In this document: one piece after another, positions 11,550 through 21,624 of the stretch
How positions within the stretch are numbered: the stretch's first letter is position 1
Layout of the letters: each line of letters opens with the position of its first letter
Assembly: GCF_009557235.1 (NCBI RefSeq)
Contig: NZ_CP045650.1
Location: forward strand, 1,680,001 to 1,712,000
Source of the DNA: Acinetobacter wanghuae
Lineage (GTDB): Bacteria; Pseudomonadota; Gammaproteobacteria; Pseudomonadales; Moraxellaceae
Length of the DNA: 32,000 nucleotides
Direction: 5' to 3'
Translations under genes and position numbers: made by a program
Notes under the pieces: model-generated
Told to the model about the DNA's origin: nothing
The model's database searches: none
Seen by the model: the letters and a program-made list of their open reading frames with translations, nothing else

Positions 11550-12799
11550 TAGAAAAACTCCTTGGCTTGTCGTAATGATTCTTCAACGCGCTGTTTCACG
11601 TCATTGATTTCAGCGGTTCCTAGCATTTCGGATTCACTAATGACTTTTTCATAACTACGTAAAATCCAACGAGCAATGTCTTCACTTAATTCATGACGCC
11701 ATTCACTGTCATTTTCACGTTCTTCTATGTACATTGAATCAAGCCAAATACGCTGTAATTTAGGTAAACTTGCATAATATTCTTGTTGTGACCAACCTTC
11801 AGGATAAGATTCTCGAATTTTTAGCCCCTGCAATATGACTTGATCAATCACAAATTGCAGGATGTTTCGAATTGCAGTTCTTATATCAGTATTATTTAAA
11901 TCTAACTGCATAAATTTATGCAATTGCACAAAACTGTCCTGATAATTCTTTCTATACAAACATTGCGTAAAAAAATCATTTCTTGGCAATCGTACTTTAC
12001 GTTTTTCTAAAGTAGGCGGACAACTTGAAAGTAAATAAGCCCGACCAGCATTTTGACTATTTAATACACTGACATTTTGCGGTTGTGTGCCACCATAAGC
12101 AGTGACTGTTAAATCAAAAATATCAGCATAACCTATTTCATCATGCTCATTTTTTTTACGCTTCTCTTTCGCTTCTTTAGTAGCTTCTGAAAAACGTAAT
12201 TGATCAATCGCTTGTTTCAAGCGTGTGATTAAACCTGAAGGTGTCAAAATAGAAAGTAAGTGATATTCAGTATCTTCTATTGGAAAATATACTTGTTTGA
12301 CCAAGTGATCTGTTTTGCTCGAAGCATCATCATTTTTAATCACTAAAAAAGCTTGTTTTAAACTTGCAAAATCCAATGAAGATTTTTCAATCAGACTTTT
12401 TAAATCCTCATCATCATTTTCAAAACCAGTTAAAACTGTGTAGTCTTCTGCTAAATTCACGGATAAAAACTTATAAACATCCATTGCAGCTGCATTACCA
12501 AATACATCTAATGGGTAATGCACGTTACCACTGCGCAAATACCCATCTTGTGCAGATTTAACCTGAGCAATTACACTCGATGTTTTAGCACTTGGATGAC
12601 TAAATTTACTCGGATGACTCACCATCGAGAGCTGAGATACACGTTTAGCTGCATCAGGCAGCCATTCCTTCAAACTAAATCTATCATCAGCTTGTTGATT
12701 TAATTCTGCTACTTCTACGTCATTCGCAGCTTTTTTTACACGATCTTTTAACCAAAGTTCTTTTCTTTCATTTAAAAATGTCTGGATATTTTGTATCAT
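11549..12799 (-). CDS. csy1: Cas8f (Csy1) large subunit
   Basis: 416 aa, immediately downstream of cas2-3 in I-F order. Size fits Cas8f. Confidence 0.85.
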   Translation of the reverse strand: MIQNIQTFLNERKELWLKDRVKKAANDVEVAELNQQADDRFSLKEWLPDAAKRVSQLSMVSHPSKFSHPSAKTSSVIAQVKSAQDGYLRSGNVHYPLDVFGNAAAMDVYKFLSVNLAEDYTVLTGFENDDEDLKSLIEKSSLDFASLKQAFLVIKNDDASSKTDHLVKQVYFPIEDTEYHLLSILTPSGLITRLKQAIDQLRFSEATKEAKEKRKKNEHDEIGYADIFDLTVTAYGGTQPQNVSVLNSQNAGRAYLLSSCPPTLEKRKVRLPRNDFFTQCLYRKNYQDSFVQLHKFMQLDLNNTDIRTAIRNILQFVIDQVILQGLKIRESYPEGWSQQEYYASLPKLQRIWLDSMYIEERENDSEWRHELSEDIARWILRSYEKVISESEMLGTAEINDVKQRVEESLRQAKEFF

Positions 12800-12811
12800 T
12801 TCAACCTCCCT

Positions 12812-15800
12812 TTATTTTGAATGTTGAACCACTAAACCAAATTGGTCTGAATACATCAGTGTTTTATTCTCATCATATTGTGGCAACATGATTTCACCAT
12901 AACGTTTTGATAATTTTTCTATTTCATCTTCAATATGCTGATTTTCTGAAACTTTCTCAATAGCCATACGACATAAAATGTCGCCATAGTTTCGATTAAG
13001 CCATAAACGCTGCTGCTCTAAAGCCTTCAGTTCAGGATATTGAATTTTGTAAAAACCATTACGATCAATATAGTTTCCAAAATCATCTTTTTCAGAAAAC
13101 ACAAGCTTATTATCCTTCCAAACAGCAAAGAGCTGAATATTCGCTGAGCTTTGTCTAAAAGGTGTAAAACGCTGTGGTAAAGCTGTTAAAAACCAATACT
13201 GCGTCAACCAAGCATTTAATGGCTTTGCTCCAACCTGCTTATAATTGGTGAGACTATGTGCTAAAACAGCATGTTCTAAATCAGCCAATTTTTCAGTAGC
13301 TTTTAAAGGGACATTGGCTTGAATTCGTGGAATCGCATTAATTCCAGCCTCTTCCTGCAAATCAATTAAGTCAGATAAGTTTTTGGTCTTTAATTTGAAC
13401 TTATCATTATTAAGTTCAAAACCAGGCTTTTCAAAAGCCACTTTCGCACCACGAAGCCCTTTTAAATTGTATTGCAACAACCCAATATTCGGCTGTTCTA
13501 TATCTTTTTCTAAACTACGATGACGTAAAACCCGCCCTGCCAACTGAATAATTGAACGATAAGAAGAAGGTTCAACAATTGCCCAATCAAAATCGTGATC
13601 ACGCCCGACTTCTTCCACAGGTGTTGCCACAAGAATAAAAATCACATGCTCGCTATCACTACAATCCAAATGCTGACGAATAACATCATTTGAAAATGCA
13701 ATAGGTTGTTCATTTTGTTTTTCTTTACGCTTAAGCACAGCATCCAAATGGCGTTCTTGCTCACTACGGAGCAATAAAACCTGCCGACTGTGATATGCCA
13801 TCGCACGTGGGGCAATATTTTGTGACCACTCAGCATTGAGTAAATATTGTGTGAGTGCAACACAAGGTGGAATATTGGCAACGCGTACCACTCCAAATGA
13901 CACTTTTTTCCCTGTTTTCTCATCAATGGTATGATGGTGATGATGCAATTTTTCTATATGCTGACGAATACGATCAAAATATTGTTGTTGCAGACTTTCC
14001 TCAAGTTGCTTCTGTTCTTTCGGTACCACTAAATCATTGCATTCAATGATATAAGCTTTATGTTTAATCACTTGTTCTGCTAAAGCTTTTGACCGAATTT
14101 CAACAAAGGCTTCATGACCGTTTTTATACTGCTGAATCGTGGTGTCTGATGTTAAATCAATACATTGTGTTTTTGACTTAAACTCATCTACCCACATGCC
14201 GACTGTTTGAACTTGTTTGAGCTTTTTAAAAGCACAATATAATCGCCATCCTTGCTGATATACATTGAAAAAACCTTCTGCCAACGCTGGTGGAATCGTT
14301 GCCGATGAGATCATCACCTTACGACCTAACATGGCAGTAAGATGAATTAAACGAGCAATTGCAATTAAATCCTGTCCATTAAAGTCATCTACTTCATCAA
14401 TCACTAAATCTGAAGAAGACAGACGTAAACTTGGCAAAATATACTTTCCACCACGTTTGGTTTCAGTTGCCGACATGATGTGATCAATCGTACAGGCTAA
14501 AACCGGCTTATATAAAAAGGCTTTATTACGTTCGGCTTGAGCTTGTGGAAATAGAACATTCATAAAATCAGCTTGAGGCATTTCTGCATAATCAAGCTCA
14601 TTGTCTAAAAGCTGTTCTAAAGATTCCGAACCGATTTCATCCAATGTATTCTCATCTTGATTATTCTGTTTGTGATGCTGTTGCTGATGTAATTCTTGTA
14701 CGGCTTTCGAACCAATTAATACTGCGAGTTCATCATTACTTAGACCAATATCTTTACGATATGAATCTCCAGTTTGTAAAGTTAAAGTCCGTAGTCCCAA
14801 TGCCAACACATAACGTAGAGATTGCCCATCTTTAGATAAGGCTTGCATAATTTTGGCATTAGCAATGGTTTTACCTTTGCCTGTACTTGCCATATTGACA
14901 ATAAACCAGCCCTGCTCGATGTCATCGTCATGCTTTTGTCGAAATTGTTTGATCTCTTTAACGGCATGATCTTGCCATTCAAAACCTTGTGGGCTTTTCT
15001 TTTTCAGCTTATGAATATCATAGGCAGGCTCCATTTCATCAGCCAAACGACTTAAAGACTGTGCAACACGCATCGCATTTTTACTGACATGTACTAAATG
15101 CTCATCTAAAAATTGCTTCGGCTGTTTGGTTTTATGATCAGTATTAGCAATTAAGCTCAAATTGGTTTTCCACGTTTTATCCGCATTACAAGATGAATAA
15201 TAATGATCACCTAACATCAAACATAAACGTGCATGGTGTAAAACTACACGCCAACTGCCATCTTTTAAGACCTGTGCAATATTTTCTTGCTCTTGTAACA
15301 AACGCCTAGACCATTTTTGAATTTCTTTTGTCCATGATTGAGCTTGGCTTAATAAACCTTGTGGAAATTCAAAACACTGTTTTAGGCGTTGCTGATATTC
15401 TTTTTCATCAAATTTGTTTTGATAACCCCATTCAGCTTGAATATAAGAAAATAATGAAGAGAAACTTTTTACATCTTCATCTATAAAATCTTCTAAATAA
15501 TCTTTTGACTTTGTATTTTCATCTTTAGATTTTAATGTGGGTAATCGATGGTGTGACACAATTAACCATGCCACCAACTGAGCTAAAGGTGGTAAATGAT
15601 CCAAAGCTTTTGTTTTGTCTAAATTCTTTAGGACCGTTGCTTTAAGTTTGTCTTCATCCCATGATTGATGAATGAATAAATTCAACCATGCCTCATCATT
15701 TTTTGGATTTTCTGAAGAATGTACTAAGGCATTGAGCAATAAACAGGATACCCATTCATGGCGTAATGGATCACCCTTTACACCCTGTTTATTCTTTAGT

Positions 15801-16210
15801 TGCAGTTTTTCTTGAAATAAAACTGTGGCTTTTCCCCAATCATGTAATAGGGCTGAAATAGCCACTAATGCTTTAATAAGAGGTAAATAATGCCAATCAT
15901 TTTCCCATTTATTTTGATCTAAATTTTTCTGTGTCGTATTAACTGGCACCACACCCTCGCTGTTAAATTTATTCCGATTCCCCACAATCCACAGCAACTC
16001 ACTTCTACGCCGTCCCCGAATCCAATGACAGCTCACCGCTGTACTCTTGGTCACCGTTTTACGTAATAATTTTTTTACCGCTATTAAACCATCTTCAGTA
16101 ATAATCGTTTGCCATGTGTTATCCCCAATCCGATCAGCAAAAGCATCCAAGACTCGACGTGTTCTAGGAATAGCTTTCTTTTCACATTGACTAATAAAGG
16201 TCACAATCAT
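12812..16210 (-). CDS. cas3: Cas2-Cas3 fusion (Cas2/3) nuclease-helicase
   Basis: 1132 aa. It has an N-terminal Cas2-like ~90 aa, HD nuclease motifs (LHDWGKA, HEW, VSHH) and an SF2 helicase Walker A (MASTGKGKT) and DEVD box. The fusion is diagnostic of type I-F. Confidence 0.95.
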   Translation of the reverse strand: MIVTFISQCEKKAIPRTRRVLDAFADRIGDNTWQTIITEDGLIAVKKLLRKTVTKSTAVSCHWIRGRRRSELLWIVGNRNKFNSEGVVPVNTTQKNLDQNKWENDWHYLPLIKALVAISALLHDWGKATVLFQEKLQLKNKQGVKGDPLRHEWVSCLLLNALVHSSENPKNDEAWLNLFIHQSWDEDKLKATVLKNLDKTKALDHLPPLAQLVAWLIVSHHRLPTLKSKDENTKSKDYLEDFIDEDVKSFSSLFSYIQAEWGYQNKFDEKEYQQRLKQCFEFPQGLLSQAQSWTKEIQKWSRRLLQEQENIAQVLKDGSWRVVLHHARLCLMLGDHYYSSCNADKTWKTNLSLIANTDHKTKQPKQFLDEHLVHVSKNAMRVAQSLSRLADEMEPAYDIHKLKKKSPQGFEWQDHAVKEIKQFRQKHDDDIEQGWFIVNMASTGKGKTIANAKIMQALSKDGQSLRYVLALGLRTLTLQTGDSYRKDIGLSNDELAVLIGSKAVQELHQQQHHKQNNQDENTLDEIGSESLEQLLDNELDYAEMPQADFMNVLFPQAQAERNKAFLYKPVLACTIDHIMSATETKRGGKYILPSLRLSSSDLVIDEVDDFNGQDLIAIARLIHLTAMLGRKVMISSATIPPALAEGFFNVYQQGWRLYCAFKKLKQVQTVGMWVDEFKSKTQCIDLTSDTTIQQYKNGHEAFVEIRSKALAEQVIKHKAYIIECNDLVVPKEQKQLEESLQQQYFDRIRQHIEKLHHHHHTIDEKTGKKVSFGVVRVANIPPCVALTQYLLNAEWSQNIAPRAMAYHSRQVLLLRSEQERHLDAVLKRKEKQNEQPIAFSNDVIRQHLDCSDSEHVIFILVATPVEEVGRDHDFDWAIVEPSSYRSIIQLAGRVLRHRSLEKDIEQPNIGLLQYNLKGLRGAKVAFEKPGFELNNDKFKLKTKNLSDLIDLQEEAGINAIPRIQANVPLKATEKLADLEHAVLAHSLTNYKQVGAKPLNAWLTQYWFLTALPQRFTPFRQSSANIQLFAVWKDNKLVFSEKDDFGNYIDRNGFYKIQYPELKALEQQRLWLNRNYGDILCRMAIEKVSENQHIEDEIEKLSKRYGEIMLPQYDENKTLMYSDQFGLVVQHSK

Positions 16211-16215
16211 AATGC

Positions 16216-17175
16216 TTACTCCTCCACATCATGATCTTTACAAGCTTGTGTTTTGACTTGATCAAACATAAAGTCCAAACACTTATGCTCAGTAAATTTC
16301 TGCAAGATCTGCTGACGGAATTCTTGTTCAGTCATTTTCTCTTTGGCACAAATAAAGGCATACGGTAAAACCACTGCATCTTTAATTAGATCAGCAACAT
16401 CAAAGACCAAAGCACCTCGACGGGTTTTACCATGCATTACTGCAAAACCATGGGGAATACCCAAAACCCAAAGTGTCGTAGCTGCTAATCCATACGCTAA
16501 ATAATTACCATGATTCAAAAAATCATTGGCTAAGTCTCCTTGCTCAGGGTTACGACTAAAATTTTTAAGTCCAGTCCGAGTCGCTGCAATTTTATAAAGC
16601 AGTTTCGTTGTGGCAGCTTCAGCCAACAATAAATCACCGACCCTACTTTGCAATGGAACTTTTGCACTATAGCCATTGAGCGCTTGTTGAATATCTAAAT
16701 CATCAAGATAAAAACCATAGTCTTTTAAATCTCGGTCTTTAGACCAAATTTTTCTTATAAATTCAACTCGTGCCAGTTGAAATTGTTTAGCTACATCTAG
16801 ACGTTTAGCTTCATTAAACCAAAACTGCATCCAACCTTGCATATATTCAGTCGGACGGTATTCACTTTGTGGTGTCATCCACTCAATTTCACATCCCATA
16901 AATAAAGGTGTTCCACCACCACCCGTAAAACCAACGAGTACTCCAGCACTGGCCAACATTCGCATGGCAGCTTGAGTAATGGATGTCCCTGTTCCAAGCA
17001 TAAGAACTGTGGTATTGGCTATCGGGATATTCCAATACTGATTTTCATTTTTAGCTTCTGTTAAATACAAAACACGCCCATCTTTTTGCATCACCCGGCA
17101 ATGCTCAAGATAGTAAAGATTTGCACGCTTAGAATGTAAAATCGCCTTTAAATCTGAAGGATTTAGCTGTTCCAT
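16216..17175 (-). CDS. cas1: Cas1 integrase
   Basis: 319 aa, first gene of the operon, directly upstream of cas2-3. Size and position are typical of I-F Cas1. Confidence 0.9.
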   Translation of the reverse strand: MEQLNPSDLKAILHSKRANLYYLEHCRVMQKDGRVLYLTEAKNENQYWNIPIANTTVLMLGTGTSITQAAMRMLASAGVLVGFTGGGGTPLFMGCEIEWMTPQSEYRPTEYMQGWMQFWFNEAKRLDVAKQFQLARVEFIRKIWSKDRDLKDYGFYLDDLDIQQALNGYSAKVPLQSRVGDLLLAEAATTKLLYKIAATRTGLKNFSRNPEQGDLANDFLNHGNYLAYGLAATTLWVLGIPHGFAVMHGKTRRGALVFDVADLIKDAVVLPYAFICAKEKMTEQEFRQQILQKFTEHKCLDFMFDQVKTQACKDHDVEE

Positions 17176-17300
17176 TTTATTGATCTAATTATCTTTTAAA
17201 GTAATGTATACAATACAATTTAAGCAATCTAGTCTTTTTTAATTTTAGTGACAAGTGTGCTTATAATTATTATAAAATACGGAGTTCGAAATTCGCTATA

Positions 17301-17329
17301 TATGTAATGATCCACAAAATATAGGTCAA
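17301..17329 (-). promoter_or_regulatory. Candidate sigma70 promoter for the cas operon (TTGACC, 17 nt, TACATA on the minus strand)
   Basis: ggtcaa at 17324-17329 and tatgta at 17301-17306 on the plus strand, 17-nt spacing, ~125 nt upstream of the cas1 ATG. Hexamer match only. Confidence 0.3.
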
Positions 17330-17411
17330 AGCTTTAAGTTTATTATCAATTTAACCAGCACACAAAAGTCATAATTTTATTCCTTTTATTTAATGGTTCC
17401 TAATCATAATT

Positions 17412-18399
17412 TTAATTAACCCGAATCCTGTTTAAGCCGATGACTCCATAATTTGAATTGTTGGCTTATTTTTATGGATCAATTGATATGCACACAAGGA
17501 CGCGTAAATCCCTCCTAGAAATCCATGAACACTACGTGCTTTGCTTGTCACTAAATTGTACTGACCTTTCAACAAACTGAATAAAGTCTCTATCTTATTA
17601 CGCTGTTTTAAGTGATATTTATCTGACTCAGAAAGTTGTGTAGCCTGCATATTTTTTCGATGATAGGTAATTAAATCAATGCCTTGCTCTTTTAATCTAA
17701 TCTTCAGTTCTTGACTAATATAGCCACGATCTCCATACAGCTTTGCTTCCATCTCTTTAACGAGTCTCTCAACCATTTTTATGTCAGCAACATGTCCATT
17801 CGATAAAGCAGAACAAGCAATTTCACCAAATTGGTTCATTGCAATGTGCAATTTACAGCCATAAAACCAGCCCATTGAACTTTTACCACGAGATGTAATT
17901 TTAGCTAAAGATTTATGGCGTTGAATACGTTGATTTTTACAAACTGGCAAAGTCGTTGAATCAATCCATAAATATTGTGTACCTTGGTCTTTCATCAGCA
18001 CCACATGTAAAGCGTGTAGAGCCAATTGGTGCATATTGATCAGATGAATCATCCTTTGATAGCAAGGCAAATACTTAAATAAATGGTTTTTATCTTCTTT
18101 TAACCAAATGAAAAATGCTTTGAAATTATTGAAATGAGAACATTTGTACCAGATCGCGATAAAACAGATTTCTGAAATGGTTAAATGAGCAGTTCTGATT
18201 CTTAAGGAACGATTACTTTGCTTAAGAAAATTCCAATAGGTTGCTTCAAATTTGAGAAAGAAATCATCAATTAAGCAGAATAATTCGGTACTATTAAACA
18301 TCGGGACTAGAGTTGTGAGTTTTGTGTGGTAACTCAACTGATGGCTCTAGTCCTTCTATTTTTCAAGTTAATTTCTTATCCGCGATTCAGGTTAATTAA
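17412..18399 (-). mobile_element. IS982-family insertion sequence, copy 1 (988 bp)
   Basis: Terminal inverted repeats: TTAATTAACCCGAATCCTG at 17412 and TTAATTAACCTGAATCGCG as the reverse complement at 18399. It has a single transposase ORF. Confidence 0.8.
17432..18337 (-). CDS. IS982-family DDE transposase (TTG start as drawn)
   Basis: 301 aa with the N-terminal LIDDFF motif, YGDRGYIS and RNKIETLFSLLKGQ motifs typical of IS982-family transposases. Family assignment is from memory of these motifs. Confidence 0.75.
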   Translation of the reverse strand: MSYHTKLTTLVPMFNSTELFCLIDDFFLKFEATYWNFLKQSNRSLRIRTAHLTISEICFIAIWYKCSHFNNFKAFFIWLKEDKNHLFKYLPCYQRMIHLINMHQLALHALHVVLMKDQGTQYLWIDSTTLPVCKNQRIQRHKSLAKITSRGKSSMGWFYGCKLHIAMNQFGEIACSALSNGHVADIKMVERLVKEMEAKLYGDRGYISQELKIRLKEQGIDLITYHRKNMQATQLSESDKYHLKQRNKIETLFSLLKGQYNLVTSKARSVHGFLGGIYASLCAYQLIHKNKPTIQIMESSA

Positions 18400-18758
18400 T
18401 GTATTTTTAGTTCTACTTTAAGCAACATATCGATAACTACTTAAGTAACACTGTCACAACTGAAGGCTATAACCTCCCTGTGTTTTAAAGTAGATTTCTG
18501 ATCTAAGATTTGCATTAAAATATTTCTGAAACTGATACAAGAATTTCAATTTTCCTGAATGACGCACCGTTAAAATCAGTCTGACAAAAATCAGCCGCTG
18601 CGACAAATCAGGTGCGACAATAAAGTTTAAGCTATTGTTTATATTTAAATAAAAAAAATTCAATAAATATAAAATCGAAAAATATTGCTCGATTTTTCGG
18701 GAAACGATTTCCTTAGTGGGAGTCTTAGTAAATTTATACATTTTTTTATGAGAACAAA

Positions 18759-18941
18759 GGTAACTTAGGTAACATCCGTGCCATTAGTGTGTTTTAGATG
18801 TTCCCCTTTAAAAGCTACAATATTATTAGGGTAACATTTTAAATCACATTAAAATGTTACCCAGATTTCTTAGTCGATCCGTTAAGGTAACAGGCTATAA
18901 CTGTTCATTTTCAATACTGTTACCCAAGTTACCTATGTTAC
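18759..18941. repeat. Iteron cluster (RGGTAAC core, 7 full and 1 partial copies on both strands), including a perfect 14-bp inverted repeat at 18829-18862. Candidate replication origin.
   Basis: GGTAAC at 18759, 18768, 18830 and 18886. GTTACC at 18856, 18919 and 18928. GTTAC at 18937. GGGTAACATTTTAA-6 nt-TTAAAATGTTACCC at 18829-18862. The cluster straddles the 3' end of the helicase gene. Confidence 0.6.
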
Positions 18942-21354
18942 TTTCTGATTCAGGAGGATTCCAATTCAAGATTGATGCTTTAATGACATACATTTTCGTT
19001 GTTTTATCATTAATATTTGGCAATCTAATAGTTTTGAGATGCTTCTTACCAGAATCACATATTAAAAAGTTATACTCAGACAAGAGCTCTAATACTCTTC
19101 GGGTGATTAAACCTTTACAGAACTTATTATCAAAATCTTCAGGCAGGATGCAGAAGACTTTTTCACCATCGTGTATTTTATGATAACCAAGCTTATTCGA
19201 AACACGTTCATTCTTGGTATGAGCACTATCGACTTTTTCAAACCCTACACTCTCACTAAGCATCAATTTAAGACGTGTAAATATTTCTTTGATTTCAGTC
19301 CTACTGTCATATTCAAAATGGTATAGCCAGCGATCAAATACTTCTAGCACAGCATTAAGTGCTGTGCCTTCTTTCCAACCTGTAATTCCTGCAATGGTTG
19401 CCGCTTCTCCAGCTGCAGCAACAAGAGCAAAGTTATTTGCCACGCGTTGAATATGGCCTTTTTTTGATTTGTTAGTGAATAAAGGTCTATGTATCTCTAA
19501 GAAGTCATTTAATTCTTTGAATCTCTCTAAGTGTTCAGTCGTTAAATACTCTAACCACGCATCACCTGCAACACCGTAGTTTTGAGTAATGCGTTTTTTT
19601 AAATCAACCGCTTGCTTAGTAGCATCTTCAGCGAAGTCTATTGTTGAAAAAATCCCATAATGCGAACAATCAATATCGATTTCCGCCAAACGAATCTCTT
19701 GTCCCAATTTCACCTCTTGCCCTTGTTCTCTCATTATTTCTTTTAGGCTTTTTTCACCACTTGATAAGAATATTAGATTCCATATACGCGAAGATTCAGT
19801 TGTTAATTTCTTATTCATACGTGATTTCCCCGCACCATTGGCAAGCATATAGATGATATCGCCTAATTCTTTTGCATCCGCAATCTCACCTATTTCATCC
19901 AATGCTAAAAGGCCATCATTGTGCATATAAGCTGTATGCTCTAATGCATTACCAGTAGATTTCCATGAACAATTAAAGTCATTAGGATTTCCCCATACTG
20001 AGCATGCCAAGTTGAGCGCTGTACTTTTTCCTTTTGAGGACGCACCTTTAAAATGGAATCCAAATCCTTTTTGGTTCAGTGGGGCTATAACCTGACCTGA
20101 AAATGCGGTACATAATGCAAAAACTAAGTAACTATGCGGTTCAATGCATCTAGACACTTGCTCCCGCCATTGATCAAGTGTTCCCTTAGACTTATACCTA
20201 TTGTCTAATCCAACTGTCGCTTGATATACAATGAGATCTTGAGAAACACCAAAAGTTTTATGAGGTAAGACATAACATTCATCATTCCAACCCACTCGAT
20301 TTACACATAGTGCATATCTTTCAGTTTGGTAATTTCCAAGATAGCATTGAAATAATTCACGCCCTCTCTTATCAGTCGCGATACTTACGCCTTTATTGGC
20401 TAAAAGTTTACGCAAATCAGCTCCATCGGTTTGGAATAATTCTTTCGAGAAAGCCTGTGAATGGTTGACATGATTTAGATCATGCCAATCAAGTAATATC
20501 CCCCAATTATTACTTGACGTATCACGGGTATGCGCTTTAACGAGAATTGGACTGCAAATGTATTTATAATTATCATCTTTATTATTATTATCTAAAAAAA
20601 ACACACCGTCTTTCCTGATATAAAATAAACCATTCTCCCATTTCATAGGCTTTGCTATGTGACCTTTAGATAAAATACCCTGATCACTCAGATTGTTAAT
20701 TGAATTATATAAAAAACACTCCACCTCACCTAAAGAAGCGTATTGTGTCAAATCGCAGTCAAAACCATTTTCGTAAGGAACCAACAATCTGACATCTGTA
20801 TTTTGCTCTAATTTTGAAAATTTAAACTTATATTCGGGTCTAACGGGTAAATAGAGCTTCTTATATCCCGCTTGAGTTAATTGACCTATTACATTATCAA
20901 TTTTCTCAATTTCATATTTTTTCAGGTCTCTCACATCGGTATTAAAGCTTTGAGGGATAACTAAAACCACAGTAAAGCTAGTTTGAGAAATTTTAAAAAA
21001 AGTTTCAAAACAATATGTTATGACTACAGGCTGATCTTTTTCGAGTTTTCCACTATAAGCAAACCCATTGATATATCCTTCTGGAGACAAATCAATTTGT
21101 TTTCCCTTTTGTAATTTTACACATTGCAATAACTCTGAATAAATATTGAAAATCGGTAAAATTATAGGACTATTCTCAGATATCTCAGATGGATCATCAA
21201 AGAGATTCAAAATCTGATTTGGACTTCCTATTTGTTGGATCACTTCCAATTTTCCATACAAAGGATCCGTCATTTCTAATTTAGTGCAACGTGAAAGAAT
21301 GTCATGCGGATCAATGGTGGAAAATTTTTGATTGTAGAACTCTTTCATTTGCAT
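18895..21354 (-). CDS. Large replication protein with an SF3/P-loop helicase domain (DUF927 / P4-alpha / D5-like primase-helicase class)
   Basis: 819 aa. Walker A GASSKGKST, Walker B LLALDEIGE, then LIFLSSGE. Its start overlaps the stop of the upstream AlpA-like gene by 10 nt. The context is typical of integrative satellites and islands. A primase domain could not be recognised by eye. Confidence 0.65.
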   Translation of the reverse strand: MQMKEFYNQKFSTIDPHDILSRCTKLEMTDPLYGKLEVIQQIGSPNQILNLFDDPSEISENSPIILPIFNIYSELLQCVKLQKGKQIDLSPEGYINGFAYSGKLEKDQPVVITYCFETFFKISQTSFTVVLVIPQSFNTDVRDLKKYEIEKIDNVIGQLTQAGYKKLYLPVRPEYKFKFSKLEQNTDVRLLVPYENGFDCDLTQYASLGEVECFLYNSINNLSDQGILSKGHIAKPMKWENGLFYIRKDGVFFLDNNNKDDNYKYICSPILVKAHTRDTSSNNWGILLDWHDLNHVNHSQAFSKELFQTDGADLRKLLANKGVSIATDKRGRELFQCYLGNYQTERYALCVNRVGWNDECYVLPHKTFGVSQDLIVYQATVGLDNRYKSKGTLDQWREQVSRCIEPHSYLVFALCTAFSGQVIAPLNQKGFGFHFKGASSKGKSTALNLACSVWGNPNDFNCSWKSTGNALEHTAYMHNDGLLALDEIGEIADAKELGDIIYMLANGAGKSRMNKKLTTESSRIWNLIFLSSGEKSLKEIMREQGQEVKLGQEIRLAEIDIDCSHYGIFSTIDFAEDATKQAVDLKKRITQNYGVAGDAWLEYLTTEHLERFKELNDFLEIHRPLFTNKSKKGHIQRVANNFALVAAAGEAATIAGITGWKEGTALNAVLEVFDRWLYHFEYDSRTEIKEIFTRLKLMLSESVGFEKVDSAHTKNERVSNKLGYHKIHDGEKVFCILPEDFDNKFCKGLITRRVLELLSEYNFLICDSGKKHLKTIRLPNINDKTTKMYVIKASILNWNPPESESNIGNLGNSIENEQL

Positions 21355-21530
21355 AACTCCTCAATATCAATAAAACGCCAGCGAAGACGATTACCAATTT
21401 TGATCGGTTGTATGGGACCACTCCCATCCATTGCCCACTTACGCAACGTTTGTGGACGTAAACAAAGCAGCCTTGCTGCCTCATTCGTTGAAACCAATAA
21501 AAGGTTTTTCTGAGATGTATTTTTCAACAT
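21345..21530 (-). CDS. AlpA/excisionase-family helix-turn-helix protein. The likely ATG is at 21530. The ORF track extends to a TTG at 21596.
   Basis: Sequence STNEAARLLCLRPQTLRKWAMDGSGPIQPIKIGNRLRWRFIDIEE matches the AlpA/Xis-type MerR-like HTH pattern. The ~61-aa size is typical, and the gene is coupled to the helicase gene. Confidence 0.7.
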   Translation of the reverse strand: MLKNTSQKNLLLVSTNEAARLLCLRPQTLRKWAMDGSGPIQPIKIGNRLRWRFIDIEELCK

Positions 21531-21624
21531 AGCGCATTTCCAATATATTCTTGTCAACCACAATGACTGACTGAATTTATTCTTCAATGGAAACAAATAT
21601 AGAGTAAAACACAGCTTTTCATTA

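Noticed and set aside
11325-15055. Short ORFs inside or antisense to csy2, csy1 and cas2-3 (for example 11325-11537, 12364-12703, 13642-14049, 14644-15055)
   Set aside because: They are fully nested in long, well-supported cas genes and are low-complexity, with no RBS or family resemblance. They are typical shadow ORFs.
17301-17320. DnaA-box-like tgatccaca upstream of cas1
   Set aside because: It is a single 8 of 9 match with no cluster of boxes or AT-rich unwinding element, so it is most likely fortuitous.
18718-18728. 11-nt match (gggagtcttag) between the duplicated spacer at 2810 and 2870 and the element
   Set aside because: The match does not extend beyond 11 nt plus a gapped 4 nt. Many 11-mer matches are expected by chance between ~4.7 kb of spacers and 64 kb of two-strand sequence.
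18454-18741. 95-aa minus-strand ORF between IS copy 1 and the iteron field
   Set aside because: It is AT-rich and low-complexity, with no Shine-Dalgarno sequence before the ATG, and it overlaps presumed origin and repeat DNA. It is probably non-coding.
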